Shown: piece by piece, positions 13,624-25,145 of the stretch
Numbering within the stretch: position 1 is the stretch's first letter
Layout: each line of letters begins with the position of its first letter
Position numbers and translations under genes: made by a program
Notes under the pieces: generated by a model
The model's input: only the letters and a program-made list of their open reading frames with translations
Told to the model about the DNA's origin: nothing
Databases searched by the model: none
DNA from: Antedon mediterranea
Taxonomy: Eukaryota > Animalia > Echinodermata
Assembly (NCBI RefSeq): GCF_964355755.1
Contig: NC_092673.1
Span: 34,283,648 to 34,347,647 of the forward strand
Length of the DNA stretch: 64,000 nucleotides
Direction of reading: 5' to 3'

Positions 13624-14277
13624 ATGGAGTTTTATTTCGGTTTTCCTTCACACACCGTATGCAGACCGGAAGGAAACCTGAAATGTGTACGTGTACATCT
13701 GCTACATAGACGGATAGCACACACTATTTTTTAAAAATGTAGGAAAATACATTTATTCACTTCTATATATAAATTACGCAATGTGATCAGTGAAGTAGAT
13801 CACATTAGATGTGCAGCGTACGGTGATTTGGAGTTATCATTCCAAATAGGAGTTCACACAAACATCGACGATACAACAAGAAGTCCTCTGTGTTACTGGC
13901 CGAAATTTCTACTCGAAATGCGTGAATGGATACACATTGCGACTGGTCATAGTTACATTATGGTGACTTTGACAAGAGCAGAGGATTCAGCGGAATGCTA
14001 TCTTAATAATGTACAAAGGAGCGAAACAAGTCCTGTATGCATTATGTCTCTTGGACCTACTAGAATCTGTAGATTCGAACACCGTACAAAAAACCCCATT
14101 AAACCGGTGAACATAAAAATGGAGCATGGTTCGATGCTGGTAAAAAATTCTGAAACAATCAATGAATGGTCAAGAACTGTACCAAAGACAGATGGAATAG
14201 GAAGCACCAGCATATTAACATTTATGAACATTGAAAGGTATAGTAACATCAATATTACAACAAACAATGTATTGTAG
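13624..14277 (+). pseudogene. Intronless AlkB/ALKBH2-like 2OG-Fe(II) fold gene, catalytic motifs absent, one in-frame stop
   Basis: ATG 13624 is in frame with ORF 13783-14277 apart from TAA at 13732. ALKBH2-like blocks AAYGD, W..FL.EMR, IMSLGPTR..RF, MEHGSMLV, W..TVPK, ILTF. TATAAAA at ~13608. Confidence 0.7.
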
Positions 14278-15502
14278 TAAATTCTTGGAGCGGTAACGTT
14301 AAATCATGAACGTCAGCCAGTCACTAGAAGACACACACACATCCCGCATGCAGAGCAGAACGAAACATGAAAATATATCTGCTACATTTTCAACTTAATA
14401 ACCTTTTTCATACATTATGATTTACTTTATTATAACTCTAAAATATGAAAGAAATAAATCTTTATTTGAATTGAATTGAATTATTTTAATACCAATGGTA
14501 GGAAACTAGTATTTGGACGTTTATGAACTTTAATTTATTAATGCATCATGTGACAATTTGAATTATCTTTATTTTATTACAAAATACTAATAAATTTTTC
14601 GAGTGTAAAACAATCAAGCATAGATTCTCTTTATTACTCTCAGTGTTTTATGTGTGTGAATTATGCAGTTCTGATCCTGATAGAGCAGTAACACGCATCC
14701 GTATCCAATTTTGAAAGTCAACGACGACGTACCGCTCATAGTAAGCGTCGAAAAATCCAGATCCGAATACAATGCGGTGGTGGTGGCCAAAGAAGAAGTT
14801 TCATCTGCGAAACGACCATGTAGATGATTTTTGTTTTTTTAATAAATTAGTAGTATAGTAGTAGTAGTTGCACAGAAATGGATTGAACTTCTGTATACAT
14901 AATTTCATGTATACTTTTACGTAACAGTATAGCCAATATAACTTGTGATTTTTTACTTACTTACATTAATTTATTGAATATTGTTATGTGTTATGATGTG
15001 GACTTTGTTTTGAAATAAACGTGAATTGATTGAATTGGATTTTATAAATTATAGATATAGGGTACAATACTTTGTTGTCACTGAATCATGGGCATTAGTT
15101 TTGTTTACCTTATGCGAAGACTCCTTCAAGAAAGAAGAAAAGGAACAATAAAAAATGTGAGGCTGAACCTTGTGGTGGAACAGCAAATGAATCATGGATT
15201 TCGTGTGACATCTCTGGCAGGTGGCATCACCAAAACACCTGCACATCCCCCATGCATAGGCTTCTTCAGGAAGGAAAAAGGGAACCCTTAAAAAGTGTGA
15301 GGCTGAACCTTGCAATGGAACTGAGAGTGCCAACGAATGGATATATGTCCTCTCACATATCATACCACATAACGTGGCAGAGTAATTCAACAGCATAAAT
15401 AAATTTCCCTTTAGCATAGTAACTACATAGCCTTTTTGGGTTTTCATTGATGTCACCATTATACTAAGTTTAATTTACTGCATAGACTGCCTGCATACTG
15501 TA

Positions 15503-15672
15503 TATGGTTGAGATTCTGCTTATGTGACCACCTAACTTTAGGAAACATAACATGATACAATTTAAAGGAAATGATTTATTCAATGTACTAGATCTTACAG
15601 TAGGTTCGTTACCTTTAAAAGAATAAGTTAACCTTCTTCTTGAGATTGCTGAACTATCTAAATTGAAGAGTT
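15503..15672 (+). pseudogene. DED-like coding fragment, different paralog
   Basis: WLRFCLCDHLTLGNIT*..FKGNDLFNVLDLTVGSLPLKE*VNLLLEIAELSKLKS, with stops and a frameshift. Confidence 0.6.
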
Positions 15673-16014
15673 GTGATGTTGAATGAATATCATTAGGTAA
15701 ATTGACGTTGATGGAATATTAGAATTGAAGGATTCTACAGTACCAGCCAGAAAGTTTGATCTCGACTCAGGTTGATAAAGACAGCATGGAGAGAATGGAA
15801 GACAACCAAGGTTGTTAAAATTCTGCCTATTTGATCACATACCTTTAGGACACATTATCAAGTTCTCTTGAACTTGAATAAAAATTTATTGAGGTACAGG
15901 TACAGTAATACTATTCTGCCACCTCAATGGACCCTTGGAAGGAGCCACAAAATACCGGATATAGGTTTGTCCACGGTGATACTGATTTGATCCTGTTAAC
16001 GAGATGAAGATAGA

Positions 16015-16368
16015 AAGTGGCAAGAGAGAATAGTGTACATGGCTGGTGAGATCCACCCTAGCCATAACACTAGGTTTTGGAAAGCAAGGGAGGTACAGGC
16101 AAGTCGACTTTGGCAAGACAACAACAATAAGACCGCCAACGTTTTATTTGCTCACAATGGGGAAAGAATTGTCGTTTTTGACTTTTGCAGAACTAATGAG
16201 GACAAAGTCAACTACCAAGTAATTTGAAGCCATTAAAAATGGTTTTATTTTAACTCTAAACGAATCAATTACAAAAGTATTTGATATTCCACATGTAATT
16301 ATTTTTGCTAACTTTGCACCATGACAAATTTAAGTGTTGATAAATGGATAATCCTTCACGTTTATTAA
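16015..16368 (+). pseudogene. CRESS DNA virus-type Rep, SF3 helicase domain remnant
   Basis: Across frameshifts: Walker A ESKGGTGKSTLAR, Walker B IVVFDFCR, NYQVI-EAIKNG, motif C PHVIIFANFAP and LSVDKW. Confidence 0.85.
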
Positions 16369-19300
16369 CCTATCCAGAACAACTAATTACACTTAGTCTT
16401 GAATATCATCAAATCACCAGTTTAATGACCCGAGAGAGATAGGTTGATCTTATAAATCCGAGACAAAGCCTAAAATCCTCATATGAAGAATGGAGCAAAT
16501 GATTAAATGCACAAGATGATGAAGGCTATATAGTGTCCTATATAACCTTTTATTAGAAATTGCCAAGTACAAGAAAACACTGAACATAATTTATTCAATG
16601 CACTAAAACTTTGGTCACCATAGATCATTCCTACTAAAATCAACCTCTCTTAAAGATTACTTAGCATTAATCCAAGTTTGATATTCTTTTTTGTTGATCC
16701 TATAAAAATAATAAAATAATAACTCAATTAAATTAAAAATATGTTTTGCAAATGCTCTATTCACATTCTAAAGCTGACAGGTGACCTTGTTTTCAATCTT
16801 CTTGACCTTTCACCATGTCGTTCCACTGTTCAAACCTGGCTTTTTCTTTCTTGGTAATTTGAGTGTTCTAATTTTGCATTGTGGTTGAGTTGAATTGCAT
16901 GATCTATGTCCGATTGATTGATAAGCAAGTTGAGATATTAAACTGGTGTTTTCTTTTTTACTTCTTGTTCTCCGATATAAATATGGTCACAGTTTAACAG
17001 GCCACTTTAATGCAGCCACAACTTTCCATTTTATCTTTTGGATTTAGTTATATGTGGTATAAAAAGTCTTTGTTTCGAGGGTTTCCATGAAAATAATAGA
17101 ACACCGCTGAATCTTCTCAATTATTTCTTTTGTTTGAAGTTGCCTTTTGTAGGACTACCAAAGCACAATAATTACAAGGCTCATCGGATCTATTGATTTA
17201 AAAAAAAAATAAAATCATCTTCTCTACGTTTCAGCATCTTTGTATCTTATGTGCAAGAGTTACCATAGATGGTGAGTTACACTAATTGGATATCATGTGA
17301 TTGTTGACTTCAAATAGTTATCCAGGTTAATTTCCATAATTTTATTGGTCTGTACAGGTTGACTTAGTTGTTAGTCAATGATTCTTCAAATCTTTCTCAA
17401 ATATAGGTTTGATGATGACTGCCACTGATGTAATCACTTGTTATTCCATAATGTTCTAGCCATTCCATAAACTTGTTTGTGATAATAAGCGTCTTCTTGT
17501 TGCATCACTGCTGTCAACAACACACAGGTGATGTTAGACCAGACTAAAAATAACAGCACCAGTCTACTTGAGAAAGCAAAGAGCATTCGCGAAACATAGT
17601 TATAAGGTACTATATTTTTGTACTTAAATTCTTTATTTTGTATTAGATTTAAAAAAAAGATAAAACTTAGGGTATCGTTAAGCAATATCTACAGAGGTTG
17701 ATTTTAGTAGGAATGATCTACAGTAATTCAAGTTCTAATGCATCAAAAAAATAATGTACAGGTAATTTTTATTCTCAACCTAAAAAGACAAATACCTTTT
17801 TTATGTATTTTTCAGTGAATCGTTTAGTCACTTGATTTATTTAATAAACTTACTGAATTTACTGGAGTAAACCTTCTATTAGAAATTGCTAAACTACCAA
17901 AATTGGAAGAACGTCGCAAATACAATTGCAAATCGCAAATACCATGAAAATGTCAAAAAAAAGAAAAAGCTAAAGGAGCAATCAGTTTGTAATATCCGTA
18001 AAATGCATTTCCAAAATACCTAATATATTCGATTCAGACACGAATGATGAAACGTTTAATCACTGAATGGAAATGATTTATTCAATGAACTACAATTTAC
18101 TGGAAGTAAACCTTCTATTAGAAATTGCAAAACTATCCAATTTCGAAGAATGCATAAAAACCATCACTCAACTGCACAAAGTGAATGGCTGAGCAAGACA
18201 GATCATCACAAAAATGATGAAGAAATTTAATAGGTAAAATTCGTCACAACCAATCTTTTATTAGACATTGCTAAACTGACAAAATTGAAGACTGCTACAG
18301 GTCTTTTAACAAAAATATGAGGATTACAACAGTAACACACTTTGAATTATCAACTGATCCAAATGCAGCAGAGGTACCAACACTGTCTGTGGAGAAGCTC
18401 CTGTAGTAAAGAAATTATGAGATATTCTTCCCAGAAGAATATCTGCTTATTAACGGAAGAGATTGAGTCTGATAAAGAAAGTTGTCACTGATAAGAAGTG
18501 AACACAAAAGTGTACAGGTAATTTTTATTCTCAACCTAAAAAGACAAATACCTTTGAAGGTAAGAATCCTGTAGTAAAGAAATTATGAGATATTCTTCCC
18601 AGAAGAATATCTGCTTATTAACGGAAGAGATTGAGTCTGATAAAGAAAGTTGTCACTGATAAGAAGTGAACACAGAAGTGTTGGAAAGGTTCTCAATAGA
18701 CTTTACATCTAAACATTTGGGATGCAGTATTTGAATTGGACATTGAGCCTTTTCAATAATATTTGGGATGTAGTATTTAGACTGGAGATAGAGTCCGATA
18801 AAACAAGTTATTACTGTATATTATTATTTCTTGATGTGGCAGAAAAATTGCAAGCGTTTTTGGAAGAAAATACTGAAAGAAAGCACAATGAAATGTGACA
18901 ACGTTTCTGAGATATTGTTTGAAGTAGAGAGAGAAATCTCGACAAAAAAGACAGTTTCGTCGTGCTTTGCTGTACATAACAGCGACACGATGAAAGTAGC
19001 AGACATATTACAATGGAATGGCTTCACGTATATTAGAATGAAGCCAACAAAAGACAATCAAACAATAATGAAGTATGTCAAAAGATGCAAACGTGTTATT
19101 GTATTTCAAAATTTATTAGTGTTGGAAAGGTTCTCAATAGACTTTACATCTTTTCAGTAATATTTGGGATGTAGTATTTAGACTGGAGATAAGAGTCCGA
19201 TAAAACAAGTTTTTCGGTTTACCTTTTGTTAAAATGCTGTCTGTTTTTAATTGAATGTAGGAGACATAATGAAAATAATTTCTTTTAATGCACAAGATTG

Positions 19301-22300
19301 TAATAAAGGTTTTTACAAAATATTTAGCAAAAAGATTGCTGTGAATAATATTAAATATGATTAATTAATTACAATGGAATGGCTTCACGTGTAATGAAGC
19401 CAACAAAAGACTTTACATCTAAACATTTGGGATGCAGTATTTGAATTGGGACAAAAATTCACACAAAAGAGATTGACTGTGAATAATATTAAATATGCAT
19501 ATTATGGAATGTAAAATATTTGTATTATATTAAAAGTTCTACTTAATATTGAGATGATAAAAAAAAGTAGCACTTTGGTTACAGTTCCTCCTGTTTGATC
19601 ATTTAGCTGTAGGAAACATATAATAATATGAAGAACTAATGATGTATTCCATGCACCAGAAGATAAAGGATATATACTGTATTATTTATTTATTCGGCAT
19701 GACTAAAAGCTTTATAAGTGAACACAGAAGTGTTGAGAAGGTTTACTTCATCAGAATTCAACAGACTTTACATCCAAAGGTTCCATTTCTTTCCACAGTT
19801 TCAGTCAGTGCTTGATCATGGTGCAAAATGATTTAATAATTTGCTACCCAACCTAAGCAGATGCGATAAAGGAGTTGAAGAGGAAGCAAAGACTTTTAAT
19901 AATTTGTTTAACTGTAATGTTTGCACTGGTTATTATCCCATTTTGGTTAAGATTCTTCCTATTTGACCACTATGACATATTATAGAATGTAAAATATTTG
20001 TATTATATTAAAAGTTCTACTTAAGATAAAAAAAAAAAGTAACTGTATTTTTATTCTCAACCTAAAAAGACAAATACCTTTTTATATGTATTTGAATTGG
20101 ACATTGAGCCTTTTCAAAACCATTAGGGATGTAGTATTTAGACTGGAGATTAAGTCCAATAAAACAAGTTTTTCGGTTTACCTTTTGTTAAAATGCTGTC
20201 TCTTTGATCAATTAGATGTAGGAGAAATGAAAATGATTTCTTTTAATGCACAAGATTGTAATAAATGTTATAATTATATATTAATATTTAGCAAAAATTC
20301 ACACAAAAGAGATTGCTGTGAATAATATTAAATATGACATATTATGGAATGCAAAATATTTGTATTATATTAAAAGTTCTACTTAGATAAAAAAAAAAGA
20401 TAATGAAGATACTGTAAACAAGACACATACCACTGTGGTGGGGAGATACAGTATGAAGAATTCCATAACTTTGTACGGTGCTTAATCGAAGAAAGTGCCG
20501 ATCAGAAAAATCTAATTCTGTTGCCACCGCCATTGCTGTGAATCTATGGGAAATGCATCAAAGTGGAAAATTACTCCTTTTGTTAAAATTCTGCCTATTT
20601 GATCAATTAGATGTAGGAGACATTTGGGATGCAGTATTTAAACTAGAGATTGAGCCTGGTGAAAAAAAACCTTTTTCAACTAATATTTGGGAAGTAGTAT
20701 TTAGACTGGAGATAACAAAGCTTAGAAACTAGTCAACACAATATTTTAAAAAGGTTGTGTTTATTCCAAACATTTGGGATTTAGTATTTAACTTGGAGAT
20801 TAACTAAGCTTTTAGAAACCATACAAAATAAAGATCAAAAGACAATAGCTGATCTATAGCTAATTATAGCTATTTTGTGTCACCTATACATTTTGCTAGT
20901 AGATAGGACAAAAGACATCACCATTGGTAGAAAATTTGTTCATTGCAGAAGATGAAGAAAATGACATTAGTTATGGCATCATAATCTAATGAATTACACA
21001 AACTTAATTTCAATTACAATATTCAAGAGTTTCAAAACGATAAGAATTTTGAATCACAGCAAACCATTACCAGTTCCATACCATTTTAAAATCATCTTAC
21101 TGCGATTTATATCGTTGATTAAATATAAAGACTTGTCAAAATGTTTCAGTCACAATAACCTTAGTGATATCACAGGTTTTTACCAAGGCGTTATCATAGA
21201 TGGTCAGTGAATGAGCTAAAAGGAAAGTTTTGCTACAATTATCTTAATATCAGAAACAATAATCTCAGCAAAATCAAGATTTAACTAAATTGCAGGTCAT
21301 CTGTGAAGCAATATCACAAAATAACTAGATTTTCTCTATATCTCTCATAATAACCTCAATGACATCAAAGGTACTTAACTTGCCATAGTACCGTTTATTT
21401 CTCCAAGAAATGCAACATGGGTGGGTTCAATCGCCAACACAACAAATTTCAATTGATGTATATTTGATGTATAGGCCTATATTTCCATTATGCAGATTCC
21501 ATAATATCATTCATTGTTTAGTTAATCAAATTCAATCAAATGAATACATTTCAGAATTTAATAATTTTATAGGATATTGTACTTGTAGTGCAAAGCATAA
21601 AACAAAATTGTCAAAAAGAAGTTGGTGGCATTGGGTAAAGAATTAAAATAAAACATAGTTTTAAACAAAGGTAATTTAATTTATTTTGAAATAGAGCAAC
21701 ATAATTGGCCAATAGCTAGCCTCTTCGGATTTGTTGTACTGCCTATAATATCGCACACACAGTAGTTTTCGAGCAGCCTTCCTATCCGAAGAGTCTATTA
21801 AGTCCGAAACGAAAGGATGGAAGAACTATTGTACGGAAAACCCGAACAGATCTGTTTTGTACGATATGATATTGTATAAGGTGATAATATGTATTAAATT
21901 GCAAGATTTTCATAAAAAAAATATTTTATTTTTGTTCTGTGGTATATTATTTTTTTGGTTGTTCAAAAAACACAAAATTATGCCAGATTATGCTAAAAAC
22001 GGCTAAATAATGCAGCGGCATTATGCCAGATGCCGTGGGCCTCCAAATATGCCAAAAAGCATAATAATGCCAGAAATGGCAACTATGATTTGAGCACAAG
22101 CTAACTGTTTATATTTAACGTTCAATCAATAAGATAGATAACCTAAGTTAACCTGTTACATTTCGATTCAAACCTTGCTTTGAACGGGTGATCAGGGCCT
22201 CCTACACATCTGTTCAAACCTTGCTTTGAGGTGCCTGTACACAACAGTGTGGTTCAAGACTTGATGCAGAATGATCTAGAACCTACAGACAAAGAATTAA

Positions 22301-22845
22301 CTGAAGGCTACTCTGTATAACATTGAAAAGCAAATAATGGACTCAACCATTCTTAAAATAGGGGTTTGGATAGTCTTGGTTGAACAATTAGGTCACATTG
22401 TTATTTCCTATGTACAGTATTGTAAATTACTCAACACAGCCTTCTGACCATGGAATTAGATTGAAAGAGTGCAGTAAGGTTACAATAATGGAATTAAGGA
22501 AAATATTGTGTAGCATACAACCAATACATTCCAGTTTGTTCTATGATTTTAATTGTTTGAATTACGTTAGGCTTGCTATTAGCTATTAAATATGTTACTG
22601 TATATAGAAAATCTCTGATAGGATATTTGCCACCACTGAAAAATAATACTACAGTTGACTATGCTATTTTCAGTACATGTCTAGCTCATCTGCTAATTTT
22701 TTTAAATAAAGAAAACTTAAAATCATAAAGAAAAAAAATGATTGCCCTAAACAATACATAATGTTTCATAATTAAATACAAGCTGTTAGGAATCTCCACT
22801 TTAAAAAAGGGTGCTAATGATTCACATAAGAATTAAAAGGACGTT

Positions 22846-24850
22846 AAATAATAAAAATGTATTGAAAATATGCTAATTAATTTGTTTATAATTGATTTTA
22901 ATTAATTAATGAAGAATTTTTTTTTTTTTTTGGTTTTTTGTTTTTTTTTGTTCATATTTATTCATTCATTCATTATTATATTATTCTATTTGACTTTTTC
23001 ACTTCAAAAATTAATTTTTAAATTACAATTATGGGACATAAGGATAGGATTTTATACAGTAAACCATATTTTTAACCCTGAATTTATGGTTAAAATATGG
23101 TATTAAGGCTCTATGTTCCAAACTCTAGGGGGCGCATCGGGGTTATGTTATGGTTGGAGCGGCGTGATGTCCCATCATGAAGTAGATTATCGTTTTATTT
23201 TGCGACAAGCAATATATTATTTAGGGAAACTGAGTTGGTGGCTGGTTAAGGAATAAATACTTTTAAAATATCTTTTTTTCGATTTCATACCGTTTTCGAC
23301 TGCAAACCATTATGTCGATGGCTTGTTTTCCTGGTATCGCCCTCTTTTTAGGGCTTTAATTTTCTAAACTATAGAGGGCCTGGCAAATAAAATATTGAAA
23401 TAAATAATTTAATATCAAATTTATTTTTATTTTATTGTTTGATTTATATTATATATACATTATATTTATTGTAAAACTTACAGTTAATGAAATGGACATG
23501 ATAATATGCCCAGCCAGACCAAACAAAATGTGCTAGGCCCAGGCCTAGCCTATAAAGTAGGCTAGATAGGGCGGCCGGTACTACTTCTGTAGGCTTCAGA
23601 AATAACCAATATAGAATTACAGTCTAAATTTAATTAAAATTCAATTATGTTTTAATAATATATATGTTTTTAGCATCTATAGTTTTATAGAATTTTGCTG
23701 ACTTGGTAATTTTTATGAAAATCATTATTATATGTTACTTTTTTAAACAATTTCAGTACCGGTATATTAACAAAAAAGTGTATAGGCTTCAGAAATTACC
23801 ATTGTAGAATTACAGCTTAAATTTAATTAAAATTCAATTATGTTATATTGATATATATGTTTTTAGCATCTATAGGTTTATAGAATTTTACTGGCTTGGT
23901 ACTTTTTAGGAAAATCATTACCGGTATTAATATTAATTAAATTTAAGTTCATTAAACCATCTTTATGACCCGGGGCTCATTAAACCATATTTTAAGATAA
24001 GATTAGATATAAGATAATTAATAATTAAACCATATTTGGGAGGGGGCTTAAGTCCATTAAACCATATTTTAACCCTGACTTCAGGGGTATAATATGGTAC
24101 GTGGCTTTATGGCCCGGGGATCAAGTCCAATAAACCATATTTTAACCCTGACTTCAGGGGTATAATATGGTACGTGGCTTTATGACCCGGGGATCATTAA
24201 ACCATATTTTAAGATAAGATAATTAATAATTATAATTAATAGTTAATAACAATTAAGTAGATAAGATAAGATAATTAATAATTATAATTAATAGTTAATA
24301 ACAATTAAGTCCATTAAACCATGTGGGAGGGGGTTTAAGTCCATTAAACCATATTTTAACCCTGACTTCAGGGGTATAATATGGTACGTGGCTTTATGAA
24401 CCCGGGGATCAAGTCCAATAAACCATATTTTAACCCTGAATCCAGGGGTATAATATGGTACGTGGCTTTATTACCCGGGGATCAAGTCCATTAAACCATA
24501 TTTTAACCCTGAATTCAGGGGTATAATATGGTACGTGGCTTTATGACCCGGGACTCATTAAACCATATTTAAAGATAATAATTACAATTAATAATTAATA
24601 ACAATTAGGTCCATTAAACCATATTTGAACCCTGAACTCAGGGGTATAATATGGTTTACTATATAAATTCCTATCCTTATGTCCCATAGGCCTAATTGTA
24701 ATTTGTAATTTAAAAATTAGTTTTTGAAGTAAAAAAATCAAATTGATTGGAAATATGAACAAAACAAAAAAAATAAATTCTTTATTAATTAATATTAATT
24801 ACTGTATAAACAAATTAATTAGCATATTTTTCAATAAATGTTTATTATTT
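22846..24850. repeat. ~2 kb segment bounded by ~250-bp imperfect inverted repeats, containing a palindrome array
   Basis: 22846-23100 is the reverse complement of ~24617-24850 (e.g. atgggacataaggatagga / tcctatccttatgtcccat). Also an internal direct repeat, 23588-23745 vs 23780-23925. Confidence 0.8.
24049..24657 (+). repeat. Array of ~73-bp units each with the imperfect palindrome ACCATATTTTAACCCTGA(A/C)TTCAGGGGTATAATATGGT
   Basis: Full units near 24049, 24123, 24338, 24411, 24484, 24608; a related copy at ~23060 and a half copy at 24920-24952. Confidence 0.9.
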
Positions 24851-24989
24851 AATTGATTTAATATAATTGCCATAAAAATTAGATGATTTTCGGTTAGGGT
24901 TAGGAGGGGGAGGGGGTTTAAGTCCATTAAACCATATTATAACCCTGAATTTCTTCCTGGACAGTGTGGTGCTGGCTCTATCATCTATG

Positions 24990-25026
24990 TGATTGGTCAA
25001 TTTGATCTATTTCATTGATTGGTCAA
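24990..25026 (+). promoter_or_regulatory. Putative recombinase promoter: tandem inverted CCAAT boxes
   Basis: Two tgattggtcaat motifs about 120-150 bp upstream of the ATG at 25146; also present in copy 1 at 2317-2353. Confidence 0.4.
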
Positions 25027-25145
25027 TGCAAGAAACTTCAATGACAAAAACTTCAATTCAGAAAAAAAAACTCTCATTCCAGTCACACCTACTATAGTAG
25101 TACTACATTAATACACAGAGAATACTGCAGTAGACTCAAGGAGGT

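Noticed and set aside
15920-15985. Possible parvoviral PLA2 motif near GYRFVHG
   Set aside because: Lacks the YLGPG and HD motifs.
24049-24657. Palindromic repeats as a CRISPR array
   Set aside because: Sequence between the palindromes is itself repeated, not unique spacers.
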